DNA of 64,000 bases, taken from Candidatus Angelobacter sp. (GTDB lineage Bacteria > Acidobacteriota > Terriglobia > Terriglobales > Acidobacteriaceae). A program made the position numbers and the translations under genes. The DNA lies in NCBI GenBank assembly GCA_036497385.1, contig DASXJO010000978.1, positions 2,048 through 66,047 of the forward strand. The letters are read 5' to 3'. The notes under the pieces were generated by a model. It saw only the letters and a list, made by a program, of their open reading frames with translations, was not told where the DNA came from and searched no databases. This document shows positions 1 to 8,700 of the stretch, one piece after another. Position 1 is the stretch's first letter. Every line of letters starts with the position of its first letter.

Positions 1-1474
1 CGTTTCTGTGCACAACATTGGGAATGCGGCTTCGCCACTCTTCTCGCACTGGCGCGACCAAAAGCATGTATGGGCTTTCCCGGTCGCATTCAAAGTATGT
101 ATGGAGGTCTTCCAGTAGAACGGATGGCGCGAATGGCCGGAAGTCCTCGCGGAACTTTACTTTTGTATTGATATACTGGTGCAGATGCGCGGGCTGCGGG
201 TCGGCGAGAATGCTTCGGTTGCCCAGCGCCCGCGGGCCGAATTCTGACCTGCCCTGGAACCATCCGACTGTGTTGCCCGCCTTCAGATGCGATACCGTCT
301 CCGCGATGCAATCTGTAGAATGCGAGAAGTCGATTGAGTGGGCATGCCGTGACAACACAGATTCGATTTCATTCGAATGATAGCGCTTACCCAAGTACGT
401 GGAGCCGTCATGACTGACTTTTTTCTGTTTTAATATCTTCAGCCAGCCATAATAGGCGCAGCCTATCGCCAGCCCGTTGTCCCCCGCGGCAGGCTGTATA
501 TATATATTTTCGAAGGGGCCTTCCTTGAGGATCCTGGCATTTGCCACGGCATTCAGCGCTACTCCGCCGGCATAGCAAAGGTTGCGAGATGGATATTGCT
601 GGTATCTTGCATTAACCAAATAGAGGATGGCCCTCTCTACTTCGCTTTGCACCCAATAAGCCAGGTCGGCATAATATTGAAAGTTATTGCGGAAATCTTC
701 ATCTGTTCGCGCTGGCTTGCGGAAGCCGCGGATCCAGTCGTAACGCAGGAACACGCGTCCTTCGCGCAAATCGAAAATCTCGAAGTCGTAGATCCCGGGA
801 CGTCCATAAGGGGCCAACCCCATGAGCTTCCCTGAATCATCCATGCCTCTGAATATGTAATTGCTGACCGCGGCATACAGGCCGCCGATAGTATGAAGGA
901 TTGACTTTGGATAGAGAGGATACTCCTTCAATATCATTCCCAGCTGGGCAAAATCCTTATAAATAGTTTTGATTTCACCATTCTCTACTTTGTAATAGCT
1001 TTCCTTCTCAAACCATATGGATGCCGTCTCTCCCGTGGGGCGTTCCGGTATGATCGCCTCTTCCAGATCAATGCATTCGTCAAGCCCGCTGCCGCAGCCA
1101 TCCACCACCCATATCGCCCCGTCTTCAAACGGGCTGGTGCCGAAAGCGCTGTAAGCATGCGCAAGATGATGCGAAATGGAGACTACCGGCATTTCATCGC
1201 TAAGCACCCGCCGGCCGTCAAACCATTCGCTTCCAAATTCGAACATTCCAAAATTGGCGTTTTGCACGATGAGCGTCAGATCGGACAAGCGAATGCCTTC
1301 GGCATCCAGGCAATACCGGATTGCGTCCGAATCGTTGTAACCGTCATGTTTTTTGCGGGTAATTCGTTCCTTTTCGATTGCAACACAGATGCGCCCATCT
1401 TTCAGCAGGCAGGCAGAACCATCGTGCGACAATCCGGTCCCTAGGACGTAGATAGGCTTCCTGTCGTTTGCCAT
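1..1474 (-). CDS. NodU/CmcH-family carbamoyltransferase, N-terminal ~491 codons only (C-terminus lies beyond window start)
   Basis: Not in the supplied ORF track because it is open at the window edge. My translation of the minus strand from ATG (1474..1472) is uninterrupted to position 1: MANDRKPIYVLGTGLSHDGSACLLKDGRICVAIEKERITRKKHDG...VVSISHHLAHAYSAFGTSPFEDGAIWVVDGCGS...GKLMGLAPYGRP...CYAGGVALNAVANARI...IQPAAGDNGLAIGCAYYGW...GWFQGRSEFGPRALGNRSILADP. These are the conserved blocks of NodU/CmcH/NovN-type carbamoyltransferases. Confidence 0.85.
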   Translation of the reverse strand, partial: MANDRKPIYVLGTGLSHDGSACLLKDGRICVAIEKERITRKKHDGYNDSDAIRYCLDAEGIRLSDLTLIVQNANFGMFEFGSEWFDGRRVLSDEMPVVSISHHLAHAYSAFGTSPFEDGAIWVVDGCGSGLDECIDLEEAIIPERPTGETASIWFEKESYYKVENGEIKTIYKDFAQLGMILKEYPLYPKSILHTIGGLYAAVSNYIFRGMDDSGKLMGLAPYGRPGIYDFEIFDLREGRVFLRYDWIRGFRKPARTDEDFRNNFQYYADLAYWVQSEVERAILYLVNARYQQYPSRNLCYAGGVALNAVANARILKEGPFENIYIQPAAGDNGLAIGCAYYGWLKILKQKKVSHDGSTYLGKRYHSNEIESVLSRHAHSIDFSHSTDCIAETVSHLKAGNTVGWFQGRSEFGPRALGNRSILADPQPAHLHQYINTKVKFREDFRPFAPSVLLEDLHTYFECDRESPYMLLVAPVREEWRSRIPNVVHRN

Positions 1475-1721
1475 GTATGCCTCTTTCCAGCTACTAGGAT
1501 CCAGCATGTCTGGAAGCAAAAGAGCGTCCTTAGGTTGGATGGACGCATATAAAATTTATCATAGGAGATCTATAAAGGCGCTCAAGGAATATTCCCTGAT
1601 CCATTTCGGGACTTGTTAAGGTTACTTAACAATGCTGATTTCCCAAAACGAAATTGGCGGGCAGCAGATGTGGACAATCCATGCAGGCCGATGGTATATT
1701 CCTAAGTTGCTTAGGAGGAAA

Positions 1722-2065
1722 ATGCGACCGGGCAGATCCAGATTCTTCCTGGTACCCTCGATCTTCTTATATTAAAGGCAGTTTCTTTAGGCCCGCTTCA
1801 CGGTTATGGAATTCTCTTGCGCATTGAACAAATCTCAGGTCAGGTTCTACTCATCGAACAGGGTGCCCTCTATCCTGCTTTGTTGCGCCTGGTGAGGCAA
1901 GGAATGCTTAAAGCGAACTGGGGAACATCGTCTAATAACCGGCGCGCTAAGTATTATGAATTGACACTCGCGGGTCGCAAACGTTTGCTTTAAGACGCCG
2001 AGAGCTGGAAACAGCGGGTTGCTGCTGTTGCTTCCGTTCTTCGAGCGCAGCCGGAGGAAGTATGA
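1722..2065 (+). pseudogene. PadR-family transcriptional regulator, degraded (frameshift near codon 4 and in-frame TAA at 1991-1993)
   Basis: ATG 1722 follows GGAGG, but that frame stops at 1773-1775. The PadR winged-helix homology (QIQILPGTLDLLILKAVSLGPLHGYGILLRIEQISGQVLLIEQGALYPALLRLVRQGMLKANWGTSSNNRRAKYYELTLAGRKRLL) is in the +2 frame from 1733 and has no start codon. After TAA 1991 the same frame stays open (DAESWKQRVAAVASVLRAQPEEV) to TGA 2063-2065, which overlaps ATG 2062 of the permease. Confidence 0.6.
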
Positions 2066-4563
2066 AGTTTGGGAGTTCCTGGGACGAGCGGTTCAAGGAG
2101 GAATACCGCAAAGTACGCGGCGGTAGTTGGTTCGGGACCCTGAAGCAGGATCTTCGCTACGGGCTGCGTATGTTCCGGCGAAACCTGGTTTTCACGGCAA
2201 TAGCTATGTTCACGCTTTCTCTGGGAATCGGCGCCAGCACCGCTATTTTCAGCGTGGTCGAAGGCGTGGTTTTATCTCCTTTGTCTTACCAGGATCCGGA
2301 CCAGTTAATGATGGTCTGGCAGCGCAACCCGAAAGCCCGCCACATTTCCATGTCTTTGCCCGATTTTGAGGATTGGCGGCGTCACGACACGGGATTTCAG
2401 CAAATGGCCGGCGTGCGTTGGTATCACTTCAATCTTACGAACTCGGGCACGCCTGAGCACATTGCCGGATATCAAATTTCTGCCGGCTTCTTCAAGCTGT
2501 TAGGTACATCTCTCCATTTTGGCCGCGAATTCTTGCCGGAAGAAGACCAGCCGGGTGGACCGCGGGTCGCAATCATCAACGACCATCTCTGGAAAGACCG
2601 CTTTAGCGCCAGCCCGCAGGCGGTCGGCAAGCCCATTACATTGGATGGCATCGATTACACCATCATTGGAGTCCTGCCCGCGGGTTTTCGCTTGCTCGAC
2701 GATATCGACGTCTATATCCCCCTGGAGCAGGGCGATCCGATGTTCAATGACCGTCGTTTTCCCGGAGTGCTTTGTATCGCGCGGCTGAAACCCGGCGTGA
2801 GCATCAGCCAGGCGCAGAGCCAGATAAACACAGTACAGCAGAATCTCAACAATCAGTTTCCCGATACCGACCATGGATTGAGCGCGGATGTTGAGCCGCT
2901 CAAGCCACTGATCATTGGCGATGTCAAAGGTATGCTGCTTGTGATCATGGGGGCCGTGGGAATTGTTCTCCTCATAACCTGTGCGAACATCGCCAGTCTC
3001 CTGCTTGCTCGCTCTTCAACGCGCACACAGGAGTTCGCGTTGCGCGCCGCGCTGGGCGCCAGCAATGGGCGGCTGATTCGTCAATTGCTTACTGAAAGTC
3101 TTCTTCTGGCGATAGGCGGTGGGATGCTGGGAATAGCATTCGCAAAAATAGGTCTCCACCTTTTGCTGACAATGGGCCTGGACAACTTGCCGCGAAGCGA
3201 GAACATCGGCCTGAACGGTCCTGTGCTGCTGTTTACGCTGATAATTACCATCGTCGTTGGAGTTCTTTTTGGTCTGGGGCCTGCCTTCAAGGGCTTGGCC
3301 TTCAATCTGCAGGGCACCCTGAAGCAAGGGGCGCGCGGCAATACCAGCGCTTTTCAATATGCTCAAAAAGCCCTCGTGGTGCTGCAGATGGCTCTGACCC
3401 TGGTGTTACTGGTCAGCGCGGGCCTGCTTTTCCGCACTATCCATGACTTATGGGCAGTGAATCCGGGATTCGAAAGCCAAAACGTGATTACCTTCAAAGT
3501 AGGGATTTCCCCTGCAGCCACCAAGACCGCTGCCGCCGAACAAATCGCCTACCATCAACTCATGGAGCGAATTCGCAGCATTCCCGGCGTCCAGTCAGCG
3601 GATGTCACGAACCTGGTTCCCTTGAGCCAACTAAACAATCTTGCGCCTTTTTGGGTTGGAACGCAGGCGGCTACTCCGGTCGCGGAAGCGCCCCGGTTGC
3701 TTCTGTATTGGACAGGTTCAGACTATCTTCGGACCATGAAGATACCTTTGCTGCAAGGCCGCTTTTTCGCTCCGGAGGACAATGCCAACTCAACGCACGT
3801 GATCGTTATTGATAGCGCCCTGGCGCACGCCTATTTCCCCAACACCAATCCTATAGGGCAGTCCATTAATATCAACCTTTGGGGCGAAGCCCGGGTCATT
3901 GGCGTGGCTGGTCACGTCAAGCATGCCGCGCTTGATGATTCCGCGGCATCCAATCAGCCTCAGGCTTATGCTCCATTGCTGCAACTCCCGGAAAAGTCGG
4001 CACGAACGTTCTATCGAACACTGACCATTGTGGTCCGCACGCCTGTGAAAACCGCGGATATCATGTCCGCGATCAAGGCCGCCGTCTACAATGCGGGCAA
4101 TGATCAGCCCGTGTATGAAGTGCGAACGATGCAGGAAGTTGTTTCCGATTCAATGGCTTCCCAACGGCTTCCCATGGCTCTGCTCAGCGGTTTCGCGATA
4201 TTGGCATTGGTGCTGGCCACAGTCGGAATCTACGGCGTGATCTCTTATTCAATGGCGCAACGCGTGCAGGAAATCGGCATCCGTATGGCGCTCGGCGCGG
4301 AAAAATGGGAGATTTTCCGAATGGTACTTGGGCAGGGGCTTCGGCTCGCTTTGACCGGCATTGTGATTGGCGCAGTGGGAGCATTGATCCTCACTCGCGT
4401 GGTTTCAAGCTTCTCGCAACTGCTTTACGGGGTCGGGACAAGTGATCCGGTCACTTTCCTCAGCGTCAGTTTTGTGCTGGTAAGCGTGGCGCTCCTGGCT
4501 TGTTATATTCCGGCCCGCCGCGCCATGCAAACCGACCCTATGATCGCGCTGCGCCAGGAATGA
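2062..4563 (+). CDS. ADOP-type duplicated MacB/FtsX-family ABC permease (833 aa)
   Basis: The N-terminus LRYGLRMFRRNLVFTAIAMFTLSLGIGASTAIFSVVEGVVLSPLSYQDPDQLMMVW, two FtsX-like four-helix blocks and the C-terminus YIPARRAMQTDPMIALRQE match the acidobacterial duplicated orphan permease architecture. It is preceded by a PadR gene, as is typical for this family. Confidence 0.85.
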   Translation: MKFGSSWDERFKEEYRKVRGGSWFGTLKQDLRYGLRMFRRNLVFTAIAMFTLSLGIGASTAIFSVVEGVVLSPLSYQDPDQLMMVWQRNPKARHISMSLPDFEDWRRHDTGFQQMAGVRWYHFNLTNSGTPEHIAGYQISAGFFKLLGTSLHFGREFLPEEDQPGGPRVAIINDHLWKDRFSASPQAVGKPITLDGIDYTIIGVLPAGFRLLDDIDVYIPLEQGDPMFNDRRFPGVLCIARLKPGVSISQAQSQINTVQQNLNNQFPDTDHGLSADVEPLKPLIIGDVKGMLLVIMGAVGIVLLITCANIASLLLARSSTRTQEFALRAALGASNGRLIRQLLTESLLLAIGGGMLGIAFAKIGLHLLLTMGLDNLPRSENIGLNGPVLLFTLIITIVVGVLFGLGPAFKGLAFNLQGTLKQGARGNTSAFQYAQKALVVLQMALTLVLLVSAGLLFRTIHDLWAVNPGFESQNVITFKVGISPAATKTAAAEQIAYHQLMERIRSIPGVQSADVTNLVPLSQLNNLAPFWVGTQAATPVAEAPRLLLYWTGSDYLRTMKIPLLQGRFFAPEDNANSTHVIVIDSALAHAYFPNTNPIGQSININLWGEARVIGVAGHVKHAALDDSAASNQPQAYAPLLQLPEKSARTFYRTLTIVVRTPVKTADIMSAIKAAVYNAGNDQPVYEVRTMQEVVSDSMASQRLPMALLSGFAILALVLATVGIYGVISYSMAQRVQEIGIRMALGAEKWEIFRMVLGQGLRLALTGIVIGAVGALILTRVVSSFSQLLYGVGTSDPVTFLSVSFVLVSVALLACYIPARRAMQTDPMIALRQE

Positions 4564-4722
4564 TCTGCTCCATGCCGGCGCGCCCACAGGCTGTTGTCTT
4601 CGGAGGCGCGCTGGTCAGAGCGCGAAAGCAACAATGGAGCCCGTGATTGCAGGACAGGCGCAGCCTCCTGTTTGCGGATTCAGTCCACATTGCCGGAAAC
4701 ATCATCGGGGCGCGAAGATGGG

Positions 4723-4959
4723 TTATGAATGGCTTCCGCGAGCCGTTCTCTCCGTTTCCATGGCATCGACCAGGCTTTTAGGGCGCATGTCAGTCCAGTT
4801 TGTTTCAACCCACTCAAGGCATTCTTTCTTTTTGCCGCGTACACCTGCCGGCGTCCAGCCTGCTGGAACCTCTAAGAATGAGGACCATAATGAATATTGA
4901 AGTTCATGATTTATAAGAACCAGAAATTCTCCATTCTCATTGTCAAATGGGTTACTCAT
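4723..4959 (-). CDS. MbtH-like protein (78 aa)
   Basis: MSNPFDNENGEFLVLINHELQYSLWSSFLEVPAGWTPAG...CLEWVETNWTDMRPKSL carries the NPFD...QYSLWP-like...GW...WTDMRP signature of MbtH-family NRPS A-domain chaperones. Confidence 0.9.
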   Translation of the reverse strand: MSNPFDNENGEFLVLINHELQYSLWSSFLEVPAGWTPAGVRGKKKECLEWVETNWTDMRPKSLVDAMETERTARGSHS

Positions 4960-5170
4960 GAAAAGCCTCCTTTATTGTCTGCGTGGTAAAGCTTTGGTGG
5001 TCTGCTTTTTGGTCCTAGGCGCACCCAGGCAGGTAACGGAAAGTGCGAAACTACCCGATATTATATAGCTTAATTATTCTAACTTCATTAATAATCTACT
5101 CCCATTTGCAAATTGGACTATCAAAACTATTCCTGTGACCAGAAATTCGCCGTCTGAACTCCTGCACTGA

Positions 5171-6325
5171 TTATTTTTTTACAGCTAGTGCCACCAAGGC
5201 GATTCGCGGAAACTCTGCGGTATACCCATGGTCCTCCTGAATGACAGAAGGCTCAAGTGCAATGCCTGCTTCAGCAAATAAAGCCGTAGAGGGAAGGACG
5301 CCATATGGATGCAGCAGTGCTTCAATATCTCTCCAGTGCCGTTCCTTACCGCTATCGTCCCTGATTAATTTTTCCAGTCCGAACAGAGAACATGCATGTT
5401 CTACCAGCCGCCTGCGGGCTGTTTCAGGTTCGTTCCCATGGAAAACAAATGGATCATAGATCTCGATAATTTGCACGTCGGAGAACCCGGCCTCCAGCAC
5501 CAGTTGCCGCAGTCCTTCGCGGGTGAAATGCTGAAACTTGTGGCCGGTTGTGGTATAACGGTCCAGCACTTCGCTGTACCATCGCGCAGTCGGGCTCCCT
5601 TCTTCGAAATCCTGGATTACCACTTTCCTAAACCGCTTCAGGACCCGGTGTGCTTCCCGAAAAGCCATGGCCCTTGTTGATGGAGATATATGGTGGGTTC
5701 CGTACGCAAATACGACTCCGTCAGCGCTGTTGTCTCGCAGCAGCATGAGCTGGGCTGGTTGCCGGATCGCCGGCAGCGATTGTGCTAATGCGTCGGAAAT
5801 CATCATGGCCGATGCATCGGCGGTAAAGATGGTCGGAATTTGTCCACAAAGCTCCAATAAATTGAGCGCGCGTGTGAAGGTGCCGTTGCCGCCAATCGCA
5901 TCCAGGACCACGTCGGAGGGCGAAAACTGGCATCCCTCGGGCTTTGCCAATTCAAACAATTTCTTGATGCCGCGCGCTCTGAAGACAGGATTGCGATTTT
6001 GTGCGTTTCGATAGGTATTGCCCCGGCCGCCCTGGGCTTCCGATTCAAAATGGGGAGAGATCGATTCGAGTTCTGTAAGCAGGTGCCGCAGAGAATTGCC
6101 GGAAAGCCGGGAGAGATCCAGGCAGTCATATAGCAACGGAAAAGCTTTGCGGCAGTACCGCAGGTAATTTCCGAGAGAATGTTCAAGCAGGTAAGGTACG
6201 TCGTCGAACTGGGAGATCAGGAACTGGTCAAGCCCTTCCTCTTCCTCCAGGACTCCCAATTGTGTGGATTGGGACATTGCTGCAGTGGCGGCTTCGGTGA
6301 GTCTTTCATTTTTTCTCTCAACCAT
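5171..6325 (-). CDS. Class I SAM-dependent methyltransferase-like protein (384 aa)
   Basis: The glycine-rich motif I candidate is VVLDAIGGNGTFTRAL, followed by acidic and hydrophobic strands (IFTADASAMMI, VVFAYGTHHI, VVIQDFEEG). The substrate is unknown. The long N-terminal extension has no similarity I recognise. Confidence 0.55.
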   Translation of the reverse strand: MVERKNERLTEAATAAMSQSTQLGVLEEEEGLDQFLISQFDDVPYLLEHSLGNYLRYCRKAFPLLYDCLDLSRLSGNSLRHLLTELESISPHFESEAQGGRGNTYRNAQNRNPVFRARGIKKLFELAKPEGCQFSPSDVVLDAIGGNGTFTRALNLLELCGQIPTIFTADASAMMISDALAQSLPAIRQPAQLMLLRDNSADGVVFAYGTHHISPSTRAMAFREAHRVLKRFRKVVIQDFEEGSPTARWYSEVLDRYTTTGHKFQHFTREGLRQLVLEAGFSDVQIIEIYDPFVFHGNEPETARRRLVEHACSLFGLEKLIRDDSGKERHWRDIEALLHPYGVLPSTALFAEAGIALEPSVIQEDHGYTAEFPRIALVALAVKK

Positions 6326-6477
6326 GGAACAACCACTCCTCTCCCCCTCGGGTTCGGATGTAGGCCCGCAACAGGAATCAGATCAGCAAAAAGATCAACC
6401 TCTGGCCAGGAACGCGCTCCGCAGCGCGCATCATCGGATGATATTCCGCGCTGATGCCCGATGAATCGGCCGTATGC

Positions 6478-6795
6478 TCAAGCCGGAGACAGATGGCCTG
6501 TGCCGGCAAAAGTCGCTAGATCGATATCGGCAAAACATTTGACCTTTTCGTAGTCGAGTGTGAGAGTGCCGACAACATGAATCCGTCCCGTGCCGCGGTC
6601 AAAATCCGCATCCAGCTTGCAGGCGGTCTTGTCGAGCCGGATGCCGAGTTCCGTGCCACCGCGCGTCCCGGTAAACTTGACGTGAAGAAATCCGCGTGCA
6701 ATCCGGTCCCGCAAGCCGTTCAAAGTGATTACCGACCGCATGGTAATTTCAACGGGATGTTCGCCCAGAGAAAGCCTTGTTACAAGATCGCTCAT
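6478..6795 (-). CDS. Hypothetical 105-aa protein
   Basis: A clean ORF with no competing frame, located between the methyltransferase and the NRPS promoter region. No family recognised. Confidence 0.4.
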   Translation of the reverse strand: MSDLVTRLSLGEHPVEITMRSVITLNGLRDRIARGFLHVKFTGTRGGTELGIRLDKTACKLDADFDRGTGRIHVVGTLTLDYEKVKCFADIDLATFAGTGHLSPA

Positions 6796-7364
6796 TGGTT
6801 ATTCCTTTCCTAATCGACTCGTACTAGATTCCTTGTACCAGCAAACCGTCCTGCTGTCTACTTTTCCTAAAATGGAACTAGAGTCAGCTATAAGCAATGG
6901 CTAAGTGGCCATCGGGAATGGCATTGGATGTTTGCTGCAGGGCTGCGGGTTGTCCGGCAAGGTCCATCTTTTTACCATAGTGAGGCATTTCCCGATACTG
7001 AACAACTGATGAAGAAATATAGTCTACGAAGCTTGACTTTATTCTCAGCGGTATGGTGTTCTAGGAGCGCCTTGCGATTATTTTGCTTTTTTACTACCCG
7101 ATTTACTCTTAGGAAACTACCTTGAAGCCGTCTTTCGTGAAGCTAAAAGATTGTTGGACGCGAAGGACCCGGCTCAAGCTGAGTCATTAAATGTTCTTGC
7201 ACGGTGGCTGCGGTAAATAATAGAAGTGATTGCCGCTAGTTATTCCAGATACCATTTTCATCAATTAAAGCGACTCAAGGCTATGAGCGCGACTACTTGT
7301 CCTGATATTTAACGGCCTGATTCTCGAATCCTGGCTGTCTTTACGAATATATTGGAAGGGCAAT

Positions 7365-8700
7365 GTGAGCCAATCCAGCGTCGGTTTCCATCCTACACAC
7401 ATGGATCGTGCACTTGCACCGTCGCTCTCTTCTGCCCAGCAGCGAGTATGGTTTGTAGAGCAGTTCGAATCGGGAAACACGGGCAACCAGTTTACATGCG
7501 CGTTCCGGCTACGCGGCGAGCTGGATGAGCGCGCTCTGCGGCGGGCCATCCAGGCGGTGGTGGAGCGCCACGGGGCATTGCGGACCCGCTTTGTTGAAGT
7601 AGATGGGAGGCCGGCGCAAATTGTCGAGCCGGACGCGCGAATCGAACTGAGCCAGGAAGACTGGAGTGGTTATCCAAAGAGCGCGCAAGCTGAAAAATTG
7701 TCGGCGCTTTTGCGTAACGAATGGGACCAGCCGTTCGAGCCCGGCGGTTTCCCCATGTTTCGCCTGAAGCTGGTGCTCCTCGCGGCAAATGAATATATTT
7801 TTGTCCAAACCTTTCATTACCTGGTGTCTGACCAGGCCTCGCTGGAAATTTTTTTTCGAGAGCTTATTCAGGCATATACAGCCGCAAGGCAGGGACGCGA
7901 CTATCAGTGGGAAGCATTAAGCCTGCAATACATTGATTTCGTAGCCTGGGAACAAAGCTATCGTCAACAAGACGGGCTGGTGCAGGACCTGGCTTATTGG
8001 AAGGATCAGCTGGCCGGCCTGCATCCGGTTACTTTGCCTTACCATGCTGCACGTTCTCGGGCCTCCACCTCAGCCGCCGTCTATCACGTCACTTTGCCAG
8101 CCGAGCAGTTTGCAGTCCTCAAACAACCAGAGAAGGCGCAGAAGGCCTCCACACATGCCATAGTGGCAGCTGCTCTGGCTGTATTGCTTGCGAAACTTAC
8201 GGATGGGCGTGAATGTCTCATCGCCTGCCCCGTGGAAATCCGGCACGATCCGGTGTTCACCCCCTTGATGGGGTGCTTTTTGAATCTTGTTCCGCTACGC
8301 CTGGGAATAGAGGGATGGACACGGGAGTTCTGGACGCTGGTGGAGTCAGTACAGAAGGCTATTGATGGAGCCTGTCTGCATTGCCGGGTTCCGTTTGAAG
8401 ATCTGGTTGCCGAGCTTTCTCCGGACCGCCGCATGGACCTTGCGCCGCTCTTCCCGATAGAGCTTGATGTCCATGGCGAAGAGTGCGAAACCTGCGTGAT
8501 CGACGGTCTCCAGGTTGAAAGATCACGTGTCGATAAGCAGCGCGTTGCGTTCGACCTGGAAATCAACGTTTACGAGAGGAATGGCCGGCTCGACTTTGAC
8601 TGGGTTTATAAGCGTGACCTGTTCGATCATGAGCGCATCGCCGCAATGGCGGAATTGTATCTGCGCATACTCCAGTCGGCCATTGCCGATCCGCACGCGC
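7365..8700 (+). other. N-terminal condensation-like domain with mutated catalytic motif (HYLVSDQ at 7815-7835)
   Basis: It has LCL-like C1/C2 motifs (SLSSAQQRVWFVEQ, VERHGALRTRF). At the HHxxxDG position it reads F-H-Y-L-V-S-D-Q. The second, catalytic His is Tyr and the Gly is Gln. Confidence 0.8.

Noticed and set aside
4564-4722. Imperfect GC hairpin (CCGGCGCGCC ... GGCGCGCTGG) between the convergent permease and MbtH genes, as a possible terminator.
   Set aside because: The loop is 20 nt, the stem has a mismatch, and there is no flanking T-run on either strand.
6796-7364. The 570-bp divergent intergenic region upstream of NRPS 1. It contains a TTGACT box near 7033 and a TPR-like reading (GNYLEAVFREAKRLLDAKDPAQAESLNVLARWLR-stop, about 7120-7215).
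   Set aside because: No convincing -10 partner sits at proper spacing, and acidobacterial promoters are poorly defined. The peptide-like frame is short and lacks a start. I report neither as a feature.
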